From assembly GCA_946407485.1 (NCBI GenBank), contig CAMJOE010000001.1, forward strand, positions 1 through 63,557: a stretch of DNA of 63,557 nucleotides, written 5' to 3'. The translations under genes were made by a program, and so were the position numbers. Origin of the DNA: an uncultured Prevotellaceae bacterium (GTDB lineage Bacteria > Bacteroidota > Bacteroidia > Bacteroidales > Bacteroidaceae). Below are positions 32,600-42,518 of this stretch, one piece after another (the first letter of the stretch is position 1; the number at the start of each line of letters is the position of its first letter). The notes beneath the pieces are model-generated. The model saw only the letters and a list, made by a program, of their open reading frames with translations. It was not told where the DNA came from and searched no databases.

Positions 32600-33862
32600 A
32601 TGATAAAGATTAGTTCAGGGGACCAACTTAGAGGACGTATTGAGCTTCCGGCAAGCAAGAGTATCTCGGGTCGCGCCTTGGTCTTGGGCGCGCTGAGCAG
32701 AAGTAATGTCTTGCCCGAAAACCTGTCGGATTCCGACGATACACAAGTAATGCTCCGTGCTTTGCAAACAATGCCAGAGATCATCGATATCGGTGCGGCG
32801 GGGACTGCTATGCGGTTCCTGACGGCTTACCTAAGCGTAACGCCGGGCGAGCACGTCATTACCGGCACAGAACGCATGAGGCACCGTCCCATCGGCATTC
32901 TCGTGGATGCGCTTCGCACGCTTGGTGCTTCCATCGCTTACGAAGGCGAGGAGGGCTTCCCGCCTCTGCGCATCTCGGGTCGCGACAACCTTGAGGGCGG
33001 CGCTCTGACCGTCCCGGGCGATGTCAGCTCGCAGTACATCTCTGCCCTGCTGATGATTGCCCCGACGCTGAAGAATGGCTTGCGTCTCACCCTGACAGGC
33101 AACATCGCGAGCCGCCCTTACCTCGACATGACCGTCAGCATGATGCGCGACTTCGGGGCGAAGGTGGAATGGCAGGGCGACAACACTATCGACGTCCAGC
33201 CCGGCCCGTACCTCCAGCGGCCTTATCATATCGAGAGCGACTGGAGCGCGGCGAGTTATTGGTACGAGATGGTGGCGTTGACGCGCGACGCGAATGCTGA
33301 GGTGGACCTGGTCGGCCTGCATCACGACAGCATTCAGGGCGACAGCCGGGTCTGGCAGCTATTTGGAGAACTGGGCGTCACGACACAATACTTCGTGGAA
33401 CCCGACGGGACGGAAGTCGTCCGGCTCAGGAAGGGCGGCGGCATCACCTGCTATTTCAGCTGCGACTTCACACATCAGCCCGACCTCGCCCAGACGTTTG
33501 CCGCGACCTGTTCAATGCTCGACGTGCCCTTCCATCTATATGGCCTGCAGAGTCTTCGCATCAAGGAGACCGACCGCATTGCAGCCCTGAAGAACGAGCT
33601 CGGCAAAATAGTGCGCCTGGAAGAGCAGGGCAACGAGCTGTTTTGGGAAGGGCTATACAACATCGATAACTTAGAAAGCCTGCCCTACGAGACGTTCGCG
33701 TTCGACACCTATGAAGACCATCGCATGGCTATGGCACTTGCGCCCGTCTGTCTCCGCACAGGCGGCGAGATTCAGATAAACAATCCCGAGGTCGTCAGCA
33801 AATCGTATCCCGCCTTTTGGGACGACCTCAAAAAAGCAGGGTTTAAGGTATGCGGCAAATAG
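32600..33862 (+). CDS. aroA: 3-phosphoshikimate 1-carboxyvinyltransferase (EPSP synthase)
   Basis: LPASKSISGRALVL, GAAGTAMRFLTA and IKETDRIAAL blocks. 420 aa. Confidence 0.9.
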   Translation: MIKISSGDQLRGRIELPASKSISGRALVLGALSRSNVLPENLSDSDDTQVMLRALQTMPEIIDIGAAGTAMRFLTAYLSVTPGEHVITGTERMRHRPIGILVDALRTLGASIAYEGEEGFPPLRISGRDNLEGGALTVPGDVSSQYISALLMIAPTLKNGLRLTLTGNIASRPYLDMTVSMMRDFGAKVEWQGDNTIDVQPGPYLQRPYHIESDWSAASYWYEMVALTRDANAEVDLVGLHHDSIQGDSRVWQLFGELGVTTQYFVEPDGTEVVRLRKGGGITCYFSCDFTHQPDLAQTFAATCSMLDVPFHLYGLQSLRIKETDRIAALKNELGKIVRLEEQGNELFWEGLYNIDNLESLPYETFAFDTYEDHRMAMALAPVCLRTGGEIQINNPEVVSKSYPAFWDDLKKAGFKVCGK

Positions 33863-34137
33863 ACATCACGTGTTGCGGACAGCACGAAGTCTGCGAAAAA
33901 GACTACTTGCGAGCTATCGCAGAGGAGATAGACTACTATGAGGACGAAGAGCTCGACCGCTTCCGGGGCCGGACAAGCTATAGCGAGGAGGAGGTCGATG
34001 AGTTTCGCGAGGTGCTCTATACGATGCGAACCGACGAAGTGGCCGGCTGGGTGCACAGTCTCGAGCTGCGCAGAGTGCCCCTTCCCGACGAGCTGAAAGA
34101 CGAAGTTTTACTGATTGTTGGGGAACAAACACAATAA
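33850..34137 (+). CDS. small acidic hypothetical protein
   Basis: 95-aa ORF whose ATG overlaps the aroA end by 13 nt. No recognisable motif. Confidence 0.4.
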   Translation: MRQIDITCCGQHEVCEKDYLRAIAEEIDYYEDEELDRFRGRTSYSEEEVDEFREVLYTMRTDEVAGWVHSLELRRVPLPDELKDEVLLIVGEQTQ

Positions 34138-34170
34138 AGTGACGCGCGCGCACGTTATATATAATAATGT

Positions 34171-37155
34171 ATGGGAAATAGTATGGCAAGAAACAACTGG
34201 CAGAAGGCTAAGCTTTGCGGCATGATGTGCATCGTGCTGCTTGCTCTGCTTGTGTCTTGCTCTACGAAGAAAAACACGTCCACCACGCGTGCCTACCACG
34301 CTCTGACCGCCCACTACAACACGCTCTACAACGGGCAAGTGGCCTACCTCGAGGGCTTTGAGGCGCAGAGTAAAGGTCACAAGGACAACTTCAACGAGAT
34401 ACTGCCCATGTACATCTGCACGAGCAAGGCAACGGCAAACCTGGGCAAGAGCAACTTCGAGACAGCCATCACCAAGAGCGAGAAGGCAATCAAGGTGCAC
34501 AGTATCAAGAAGCGTCCCATCATCAAAGGTAACAGCAAGCGCACGGAAAAGGAGAAGGCGTTCCTGGCTCGCAGGGAGTTCAACCCCTACATATATCGCG
34601 CCTGGTTCATGATGGCCGATGCGCAGTTCCAGAAAGGTGAGTTCTTCGAGGCTGCTTCCACTTACAACTACATTCTCCGCCTTTACAGCACGCAGCCCGA
34701 CATCACGTCTGTGGCGAAGGCAAAGCTGGCGCGATGCTACGTAGCGCTTAACTGGCCGTACGACGCTGAAGACCTCCTCAACAAGATGAAGAGGGACACC
34801 ATCACGCGTAAGGGCGAGAAGGAGGTGGAGAACACCAAGGCCGGCTATTACGTGCTGACGCATCAGTATCAGGAAGCCATTCCGCACCTGAAGAATGCCA
34901 TCAAGACGACGCGCGGCAAGCTGCCCAAGGCGCGCCTCAACTTCCTGCTGGCACAGCTTTATCACGAGACGGGTCGCGACACGATGGCCTATAAGACGCT
35001 CTCTAAAGTGATACGCGCCAACCCGCCTTACGAGGTGGCGTTCAACGCCCGCATCATGCAGACCGAGGTGATGCACAAAGGCAAGTTCCGCCAAATGATA
35101 GCCCGCCTCAAGCGCATGGCAAGGAGCGACAAGAACAAGGACTACCTCGACAAGGTCTATTACGCGATGGGCAACATCTACCTCGCCAACGAGGACACCA
35201 CGCACTGCATCTATGCCTGGGAGAAAGGCTTGGAGGAGAGCAAGAAGAACGGTCCCGACAAGGCGACCTTGCTCTTGCATCTGAGCCAGCTCTACTGGGA
35301 GCAGGAGAACTATATCGAGGCGGCACGCACCTATAAGCTTTGCGTCGGCGCCCTCGACAAGGAGCATCAGGAATACAAAGAGACGGAGCGTCGCAGCAAG
35401 ATACTTAACGACCTGGAGCCTCACCTGAGCACCATCAAGCTGCAAGACAGCCTGCAGGTGCTTGCCCAAAGTCCCGAGGAGGTTTACCTCGCAGCCATCG
35501 ACCGCGTCATTGCTGAACTCCGCAGGAAGGAAAAAGAGGAGGCGAAGAAGGCTGCCGCGAACGGTACGCTCAACCCTAACGCCATGAACAATGGCATGAT
35601 GGCAGCCGCGGCCACCGGCATGGGCAAGGACGCCGCCGCTGCTCAGATGAACCAGATGGGCATGATGGGTGGGCAGCAGCAAGGCGACTGGTACTTCTAC
35701 AACCCCATGGCGGTTCGCAACGGCCAACAGGAGTTCCAGCGTCGGTGGGGCACACGTCCCAACGAGAACTTCTGGCGCATAAGCAACAAGCAGTCCCTCC
35801 TTGCAAACATGAGCGAGGAAGAGGCCAAGAAGTATGAGGGAATGGATGAGGCGATGGCCGACAGCCTCTTCGGAGCGGCCACCAGTGCTGCCGAAGCAGA
35901 CAGCATCGCATCAAAGGAGCAGGCACGCAAGGACTCGCTTGCCAACGACCCACACCATCGCGAGTTCTACCTCAAGCAGATACCTTTCACGGAGGAACAG
36001 ATGGAAGCATCCAACCAATTGCTTGGCAACGCCCTCTACAATGCAGGAATACAGGAACAGGAGCAGCTCGAGAACTTCCCGCTGGCTGAGAAGACGATGA
36101 TTCGCTTCCTCAATGACTTCCCGGAACACGAGGGCACGGACAACGTCTTCTATCACCTCTTCCTGCTCTACGGCCGCCTTGAGGACCTGGAGGGTGCCGA
36201 GGAGTACAAGGGCTACCTGCTCGAGGACTACCCCGATGCCAAGCTTGCCTTCCTCCTGGGCAACCCGAACTACGAGATGATAGCACGCGAGGGCAAGCAC
36301 GTCGAGGACAGCATCTATGCGGAGGCCTATGCAGCCTATCAGACTGAGAACTACAAAAAGGTGGAGGAGAACTACCAGTTCAGCACCGACAACTTCCCAG
36401 AGGGCAAGCACCGCGCCCGCATGATGTTCGTCCGCGCCATGAGCTCGCTCTACGACGGGCAGCGCGACACGTTCATGGTGACCTTGCGCGACGTGATACA
36501 GAAGTTCCCGAAGGAGGAGGTGACGGAGCTGGCGCAAGCCATCGTCAAGGGGCTTGACGAGGGACGTCTCCTCATGGACGACCGCTACGACGCAAGCAGT
36601 ATATGGAGCCGCCGCACACGTAGCGAAGCGGGCGACAGCACAGCGGCAGAGCCCGTCCTCAAGGACGACCGCTACAGCAATTTCAACTTCGTGCTGGCTT
36701 ACCCGACAGGCAGCCTCGACGAGAACATGCTGGTCTTCGAGATGGCTCACTACAACTTCACCAACTTCATGGCTCGAAACTTCGACATCGAGATACAGGC
36801 CGACGCCGGGCTGACGATGATGGTGATCAAGGGATTCCTTTCATACGACGAGGTGCACGCCTACGCACAGCGACTCCACGCCGACGAACACATGCGCACT
36901 CGGCTCGAAGGCATACGCACGCTGCTTATCTCCGACGACAACCTCAAGATGATCGGCAAGGAGTTCAGCTTCGACGACTACAAGGCATTCTACGACGAGC
37001 ACTTCGCACCGCTCGACGTGCCCGAAGACCTCAAGATAGACACCCCGGCCGACCTCGAGATCCTCGATCCCGACGAGTTAGACAAGCGCGAGCAGGAGGA
37101 GAAGGAGCAGGAAGCAGAAACCCAGGAAGAGGACGACTTCCCGTTTGGCTGGTAA
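34171..37155 (+). CDS. porW: T9SS periplasmic TPR lipoprotein PorW/SprE
   Basis: Lipobox LLALLVSC. N-terminal TTRAYHALTAHYNTLYNG block and TPR-rich body as in SprE/PorW. Q/M/G-rich low-complexity tract and acidic tail. Confidence 0.75.
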   Translation: MGNSMARNNWQKAKLCGMMCIVLLALLVSCSTKKNTSTTRAYHALTAHYNTLYNGQVAYLEGFEAQSKGHKDNFNEILPMYICTSKATANLGKSNFETAITKSEKAIKVHSIKKRPIIKGNSKRTEKEKAFLARREFNPYIYRAWFMMADAQFQKGEFFEAASTYNYILRLYSTQPDITSVAKAKLARCYVALNWPYDAEDLLNKMKRDTITRKGEKEVENTKAGYYVLTHQYQEAIPHLKNAIKTTRGKLPKARLNFLLAQLYHETGRDTMAYKTLSKVIRANPPYEVAFNARIMQTEVMHKGKFRQMIARLKRMARSDKNKDYLDKVYYAMGNIYLANEDTTHCIYAWEKGLEESKKNGPDKATLLLHLSQLYWEQENYIEAARTYKLCVGALDKEHQEYKETERRSKILNDLEPHLSTIKLQDSLQVLAQSPEEVYLAAIDRVIAELRRKEKEEAKKAAANGTLNPNAMNNGMMAAAATGMGKDAAAAQMNQMGMMGGQQQGDWYFYNPMAVRNGQQEFQRRWGTRPNENFWRISNKQSLLANMSEEEAKKYEGMDEAMADSLFGAATSAAEADSIASKEQARKDSLANDPHHREFYLKQIPFTEEQMEASNQLLGNALYNAGIQEQEQLENFPLAEKTMIRFLNDFPEHEGTDNVFYHLFLLYGRLEDLEGAEEYKGYLLEDYPDAKLAFLLGNPNYEMIAREGKHVEDSIYAEAYAAYQTENYKKVEENYQFSTDNFPEGKHRARMMFVRAMSSLYDGQRDTFMVTLRDVIQKFPKEEVTELAQAIVKGLDEGRLLMDDRYDASSIWSRRTRSEAGDSTAAEPVLKDDRYSNFNFVLAYPTGSLDENMLVFEMAHYNFTNFMARNFDIEIQADAGLTMMVIKGFLSYDEVHAYAQRLHADEHMRTRLEGIRTLLISDDNLKMIGKEFSFDDYKAFYDEHFAPLDVPEDLKIDTPADLEILDPDELDKREQEEKEQEAETQEEDDFPFGW

Positions 37156-37160
37156 CTTTG
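37153..37160 (+). promoter_or_regulatory. -7 box (TAacTTTG) for porX, overlapping the porW stop codon
   Basis: The TAA stop of porW forms the first 3 nt of the box. 45 nt upstream of ATG 37206. Confidence 0.5.
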
Positions 37161-37205
37161 CTATAGGTACTATAGTCCCTATAGTCACTATAAGAAATAA
37201 GGACA

Positions 37206-38753
37206 ATGAACTACAAACTGCTTTGGGTTGACGATGAGATTGAGCTCCTGAAGGCTCACATCCTTTTCCTCGAGAAGAAGGGCTACGAGGTGGAGACCGT
37301 GTCGAACGGCTACGACGCCCTTGACCGCTGCGCCGAAGAGGCGTTCGACCTCATCCTGCTCGACGAGAACATGCCCGGCCTCAGCGGTCTCGAGACCCTG
37401 ACCCGCGTGAAGGAACTGCTGCCCGCCACGCCTGTGGTGATGGTGACTAAAAGCGAGGAGGAGCACATCATGGAGCAAGCCATAGGCGCCAAGATTGCCG
37501 ACTACCTCATCAAGCCCGTCAATCCGACACAAATCCTGTTGACGCTCAAGAAGAACATCCAGCAGAGGGAAATAGTGACCGAACACACGCAAAGCAACTA
37601 CCAACAGGACTTCGCGCGCCTCGGCATGCAAATCAACGACGCATCCAACCTCGAGGAATGGAAAGACGTCTATAAGAAGCTGACGTACTGGGAGCTGCAG
37701 CTGAGCGAGACGGAGAGTGGCATGCAGGAGATGCTCGCGATGCAGCGCCACGAGGCAAACGCCGAGTTCTCGAAGTTCATCCGAAAGAACTACCTGCGCT
37801 GGATGGAGAAGCCGGAGGAGCGCCCCGTGATGAGCCCCGACATCTTCAAGCGCGCCATCTTCCCCCTGCTCGACAAGGGCGAGAAGGTATTCCTCATCGT
37901 CATCGACAACTTCCGCTACGACCAGTGGCGCGTCTTGTTGAACGAGATCGGCGACGCCTTCACGGTCGAGGAGAATCTCTATTGCAGCATCCTCCCGACG
38001 GCGACGCAGTACGCACGCAACGCCATATTCAGCGGCCTCATGCCCAACAACATCGCCAAGATGTTTCCCGACCTCTGGGTCGATGAGGACAGCGAGGAGG
38101 GCAAGAACCTCAACGAGGAACCTCTCGTCAGGACTCACTTCGAGCGCTACCGCCGCAAGAACACGTTCTCGTACCATAAGATAAACCATTCCAGCGCCGC
38201 CGAGAAGTTCGTATCCCAGATAACGCAACTGAAAAGGAACGACTTGAATGTCGTGGTCATAAACTTCATCGACATGCTCAGCCACGCACGCACGGAGAGC
38301 CTCATGGTGAGGGAACTGGCGAGCAACGAGGCGGCCTATCGCAGCATCACGCAGAGCTGGCTGCGCCACTCGGCCGTGAGCGACCTCTTCCGCAGCCTGG
38401 CTGCCCAGGGATGCACCGTCGTGCTGACCACCGACCACGGCAGCATCCGATGCTACAACCCCATCAAGGTCATCGGCGACCGCAACACGAACACAAACCT
38501 CCGCTACAAGCTGGGCAAACACCTCTCCTACAATCCCAAGGAGGTTTTCGAGATAAAGGAGCCCCTCCGCGCAGGCCTGCCCAGCCCCAACCTCAGCACG
38601 ACCTACATCTTTGCCATGCAGGAAGATTTCTTCGCCTATCCCAACAACTACAACTACTACGTGCAGTACTACAAGGACACGTTCCAGCACGGCGGCATCA
38701 GCATGGAGGAGATGCTCATCCCGCTCGTCACGCTGAGAGGGAAGAAGCGGTGA
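37206..38753 (+). CDS. porX: T9SS response regulator PorX (receiver + PglZ/alkaline-phosphatase-like domain)
   Basis: CheY-like N-terminus (LWVDDEIELL, LLDENMPGLSG). PglZ blocks LPTATQYARNAIFSG, DMLSHAR, TTDHGS, FQHGGIS. Length and layout match P. gingivalis PorX as I remember it. Confidence 0.85.
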   Translation: MNYKLLWVDDEIELLKAHILFLEKKGYEVETVSNGYDALDRCAEEAFDLILLDENMPGLSGLETLTRVKELLPATPVVMVTKSEEEHIMEQAIGAKIADYLIKPVNPTQILLTLKKNIQQREIVTEHTQSNYQQDFARLGMQINDASNLEEWKDVYKKLTYWELQLSETESGMQEMLAMQRHEANAEFSKFIRKNYLRWMEKPEERPVMSPDIFKRAIFPLLDKGEKVFLIVIDNFRYDQWRVLLNEIGDAFTVEENLYCSILPTATQYARNAIFSGLMPNNIAKMFPDLWVDEDSEEGKNLNEEPLVRTHFERYRRKNTFSYHKINHSSAAEKFVSQITQLKRNDLNVVVINFIDMLSHARTESLMVRELASNEAAYRSITQSWLRHSAVSDLFRSLAAQGCTVVLTTDHGSIRCYNPIKVIGDRNTNTNLRYKLGKHLSYNPKEVFEIKEPLRAGLPSPNLSTTYIFAMQEDFFAYPNNYNYYVQYYKDTFQHGGISMEEMLIPLVTLRGKKR

Positions 38754-38778
38754 AAGACCTTACCCCCTTACGGGGATA

Positions 38779-39237
38779 ATGAAATTCAAAATGTATAAAT
38801 TCAAAATTCAAAACATAGAAGCCTCCTCTCAGGAAGGTTTGGAGGGCGCCACTCTTGCCGAAGCTGCACGCAAATTTATCGATGAAATGGGCGAAAATTG
38901 CGTTTTCGCCTTCTACGGCAAGATGGGGGCAGGCAAGACGACATTCATCAAAGCCATCTGCGAGGCACTGGGCGTGACGGATCCCGTCGCTTCGCCCACG
39001 TTCGCCATCGTCAACGAGTACGCCGACGCTCAGGGACAGCCCATCTATCACTTCGACTTCTACCGCATCAAGAACCTCCGTGAAGCCTACGACATCGGCT
39101 GCGAGGAGTATTTCTACAGCGGTTTCCCCTGCTTTATCGAATGGCCGGAGATGGTCGAGGAACTGCTTCCCGAGGACGCCGTCAAGGTGACGATAGAAGT
39201 CCTCGAGGATGAGGCGCGTGTCGTCACATTGTCATAA
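38779..39237 (+). CDS. tsaE: tRNA threonylcarbamoyladenosine biosynthesis ATPase TsaE
   Basis: P-loop FYGKMGAGKTTFIKAI, then SPTFAIVNEY and HFDFYR blocks. Confidence 0.8.
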   Translation: MKFKMYKFKIQNIEASSQEGLEGATLAEAARKFIDEMGENCVFAFYGKMGAGKTTFIKAICEALGVTDPVASPTFAIVNEYADAQGQPIYHFDFYRIKNLREAYDIGCEEYFYSGFPCFIEWPEMVEELLPEDAVKVTIEVLEDEARVVTLS

Positions 39238-39269
39238 ATCAAAAAATCCCTTTAGAGGGAAATTCAAAT

Positions 39270-39375
39270 CCCACAGCAAGGAACGGCAAACGCCACAGCA
39301 AGGAACGACCAACGCCACAGCAAGGAACGGACAACGCCACAGCAAGGAACGGCCAACGCTTGCTGTGGCGTTTGC
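39270..39375. repeat. CTTGCTGTGG-family array: 4 x 23-bp direct units plus a terminal inverted unit
   Basis: CGCCACAGCAAGGAACGNCCAA x4, then CGCTTGCTGTGGCG, which pairs with the last unit. Confidence 0.8.
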
Positions 39376-39441
39376 TATTTCCCCACGTGGCACTTTCGGG
39401 GGCAATGATATAGGGGGGAGATATTATTGTCCTGTAAAAAA

Positions 39442-39650
39442 GCACCGTAGGTGCGACAGAACACAGACGGGGGTGTCAACCCCTGGGCCTGTTTCATTCA
39501 CGATATAAAAGCCCTGAAAGGGCGACAGAATATATAATTGGTTTAATTCCGACTTACTTTTGGATTCTGTCGCCCTTTCAGGACTTCTTTTCCCTCGCGC
39601 CATAACCGGGGGTTTGCACCCCCGTCTGTGATCTGTCGTCCCTTCGGGAC
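39442..39650. repeat. ~200-bp nested palindrome made of four small-hairpin+GACAGAA modules
   Basis: Outer arms 39442-39475 / 39617-39650. Inner arms 39511-39531 / 39564-39582. Confidence 0.8.
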
Positions 39651-39687
39651 TTTTTTCGCCTTTTTCCTCTCGTAGGATGGCGAACTC

Positions 39688-42438
39688 CTACTTCTTCAGC
39701 CGGTAGATGAGTCGGTATGTGCCGCTGCCCAGCTCGATAGGCTCGGACGGCTTGAAGCGCGTCGGCTCCGGGTCGGGTTTGCGGTCGCGCTCCTTTTCGT
39801 TGAAGACGAGTCCGGAGCGGTTAAGGCTGCGAGGAGCCATCTCTACGGTTTCGGCCTGCTGCTTCAATGCCTCGGGACAGAGCACGGTGGCGGTGGTGCC
39901 GACGGGGATGCTGAGTCGCAGGTCGAAGGTGCTGGCGGAGCGTTTCCAGTCGACACTGATGTCGCCGTAGGGCGTCGGCTTGAGGGCGCGCACGAACGAC
40001 AGGCTGTCGGGCAGCTGCGGACGTATGGTGAAGTGGCGGTAAGCGGGTTGCGACGGGTCGCCCTCGATGCCGGCCAGCGCCTGATAGAACCAGGAGCCGA
40101 TGCCGTTGTAGCAATTGTGGATGCGGCTCCTGCGGCCGTTCCAGTGCTCCCAGGTCGTCGTCGCACCGTTGTCGATCATATAGAGATAGCCGGGGAAGCT
40201 GTGCTGGTGCAGCATGTCGGCCATGAGCTGGACGTTGCCTGCGCGGGTGCACCATTGCGTCACGATGGGGATGCCCACGAGTCCCGTGAAGAGGTGGCCG
40301 TCGAAACGCCCGTAGGTCTCGCGCTTCAGGGCATTGTTGACCTTCTGCTGCAGGTCGTCGGGCACGGCGCCCACGAAGAGCGGGAAGCTCTGGTCGAGTT
40401 GCAGGCCGTTGGCGTAGGTGGCGTCCTTCTTATTATAATATGTAGCGTGGATGCGTTGGTTGATGTCCGTTTGCTTCTGCCTGTAGAGCTGTGCGTCGTC
40501 GGCCTTGCCAAGCAGCTGGGCAGCGTTTGCCATGATGCCATAGACCCAACTCATCGAGCATGAGTTCACGAGGTCGATGCTCTCGGTGTGCGTCTGGTGC
40601 TCCTCGTTGGGCAATGCCCAGTCGCCGAGGAACCAGTCCTTGCGGCGCGTGCTCGGCCAGCGGTGCTCCACGGTCAGCAGTCCGTCGGGCATGTACTGCT
40701 CGGCGTATGCGAGGTAGCGCTGCATGTTGGGGTAGTACCATTCCAAAAGCCTGAGGTCGCCGTACTGCTGGTAGGTCTGCCAGGGCGCATTGGCGATGAA
40801 GGCGCACCAGAATGGGCCGCCGCCGCATTGCCAGAAGGCAGGCCCCACGTGCGGCACCTCGCCGTCGTCGCCCTGCGCATCGGTGTAGCCTTGCAGCCAA
40901 TTGCGATAGAGGGGATACATGTCGTATTGCAGCTGCGCCGCCAAGATGGAGGCGTTGCCGTCGCCACCGTAGCCCTGCCGCTCGATGTGCGGACAGTCCA
41001 CCATGTAGCCGCCGAGCGTCAGGCAGCGGAATGTGTAGTGAACCATGTCGTGAATGGCACAGAGGTCCTTGTCGCTGCAGACGAACGATGCGCCCTTTTC
41101 GTAGCCCGTGTGGATGAGCATGCCTGCGATGTCCGAGAGCGCCGGCTGGCGGTCGAGCCCCTCTATCTTGATATAGCGGTACGCGTGGTAGTTGAACTTG
41201 TTCTGGAACGTCTCCTCGCCCTCGCCGCTTGCGATGTAATGGTCCGTGAAGACGCCTTCGTCGAAGTCACCGCTGAGGGCCAGCCAGTCGCAGTAGCTGA
41301 TGGTGATGCGCTGCCCCTTGCGTAGTTTGCCGAGGCGGATGCGTGTCCAGCCCACGATGCTGCGGCCCATGTCGACCATCCATTTGTTACCGTCGAAGCG
41401 CGAGACCTGTTGGGCCTGCACCTCCATCATGATGCGGTTCGGCTCGCACATCATCGGCGTTATCTCCTGTGCAGGGAGGTCCATCGTCGTGACACCTTGC
41501 CACGTGACGGCATCGAGCGTGGAGGAGGAGAAGTCGGGCAGGAGCTCAGAGGCCTTGACCTCTTCGCCGCCGAACGTCCACGCGCCGGCCTGGCCGTCGT
41601 CATAGTAGCCGCTGCCCCGCGACTGCCATGTCTCGTCCGTCGCCACAAGTGTCCGCCATCCGCCCGTCTCCTGCTGCTGGTCTATCTGTGCCAAGGCGTA
41701 GGGCCCGCCTTCACGCACGCCGACTATCTTCGGGTTGTCGTAGAAGCCGCCGCCAAGCCAGACGACGAGGTCGTTGCGACCCTTGCGCAGCCTGCCCTCC
41801 AGGCTGTATGTCATCGCCTGATGCCGCTTGCTGTACTCCACGACAGATGGCGTCAGCACGTCGTCGCCCACACGTTCGCCGTTGAGATATATCTCATGAT
41901 ACCCCAGCGTGCTGATGTGCAGGAAGGCGGGTGCCTTTGTGTCCTCGCATTCGAACGTCTTGTAGAGGAGCGGCTGCACCTTGCGGTCCGTTCGCTCCAT
42001 GCCGATGTACTTGCCTCGCCACAGCGTCTTGTCGAGGATGCCTACTGAGAACTTCGCACCTCGTGCCCAATCGCCGCCCTTGCCGTTCTCGTCCCAGACC
42101 TTCACCTGCCAATAGACGACGCTGCGGCTCTCGAGCGGCCGGCCGGCGTACGTCACCCAGACCGACTGCTCGCTCTCTATGCGGCCGCTGTTCCATAGGT
42201 CGGCCTTCTCCTCCGAAAGCAGGTCGGGGCGCGAGGCGGCAAGTATCTGATAGGCCGATTGCCGCACGCCGTTGTGGTCCTGCCTCAGCTTCCAGCTCAG
42301 CGCGGGAGCGGTCGTGTTGATGCCCCAAGGCTGATGGAGCAGCTCGCAGCGCAGGTCGTAAGCCGTCAGCGCTGCCTGTACGTAAGTGGCCGCCAGCAGA
42401 AGCAATGCAGCCAGGATGCTTTTCGTCTTCATCTTCAT
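39688..42438 (-). CDS. alpha-L-rhamnosidase (GH78)
   Basis: N-terminal LRCELLHQPWGINTTAPALSWKL..SAYQILAA..LWNSGRIES..YWQVKVWD pattern is typical of GH78. Signal peptide present. 916 aa. Confidence 0.8.
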   Translation of the reverse strand: MKMKTKSILAALLLLAATYVQAALTAYDLRCELLHQPWGINTTAPALSWKLRQDHNGVRQSAYQILAASRPDLLSEEKADLWNSGRIESEQSVWVTYAGRPLESRSVVYWQVKVWDENGKGGDWARGAKFSVGILDKTLWRGKYIGMERTDRKVQPLLYKTFECEDTKAPAFLHISTLGYHEIYLNGERVGDDVLTPSVVEYSKRHQAMTYSLEGRLRKGRNDLVVWLGGGFYDNPKIVGVREGGPYALAQIDQQQETGGWRTLVATDETWQSRGSGYYDDGQAGAWTFGGEEVKASELLPDFSSSTLDAVTWQGVTTMDLPAQEITPMMCEPNRIMMEVQAQQVSRFDGNKWMVDMGRSIVGWTRIRLGKLRKGQRITISYCDWLALSGDFDEGVFTDHYIASGEGEETFQNKFNYHAYRYIKIEGLDRQPALSDIAGMLIHTGYEKGASFVCSDKDLCAIHDMVHYTFRCLTLGGYMVDCPHIERQGYGGDGNASILAAQLQYDMYPLYRNWLQGYTDAQGDDGEVPHVGPAFWQCGGGPFWCAFIANAPWQTYQQYGDLRLLEWYYPNMQRYLAYAEQYMPDGLLTVEHRWPSTRRKDWFLGDWALPNEEHQTHTESIDLVNSCSMSWVYGIMANAAQLLGKADDAQLYRQKQTDINQRIHATYYNKKDATYANGLQLDQSFPLFVGAVPDDLQQKVNNALKRETYGRFDGHLFTGLVGIPIVTQWCTRAGNVQLMADMLHQHSFPGYLYMIDNGATTTWEHWNGRRSRIHNCYNGIGSWFYQALAGIEGDPSQPAYRHFTIRPQLPDSLSFVRALKPTPYGDISVDWKRSASTFDLRLSIPVGTTATVLCPEALKQQAETVEMAPRSLNRSGLVFNEKERDRKPDPEPTRFKPSEPIELGSGTYRLIYRLKK

Positions 42439-42458
42439 ATATTTTTCAAAATCTGCTG

Positions 42459-42466
42459 CAAAGATA
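42459..42466 (-). promoter_or_regulatory. -7 box (TAtcTTTG) for GH78 gene
   Basis: 20 nt upstream of ATG 42438. A divergent TAccTTTA box at 42479-42486 (+) precedes the SSF transporter. Confidence 0.6.
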
Positions 42467-42518
42467 CGAAAAATTTCGTACCTTTACACACGAAATCCGC
42501 AATAAAGTCATTCTTCGC

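Noticed and set aside
39270-39375. CRISPR array interpretation of the 22-24-bp tandem arrays (also 3087, 32237, 54700, 58755)
   Set aside because: The units abut each other with no unique spacers, unit length is shorter than CRISPR repeats, copy numbers are 2-5, and no cas genes are present in the window.
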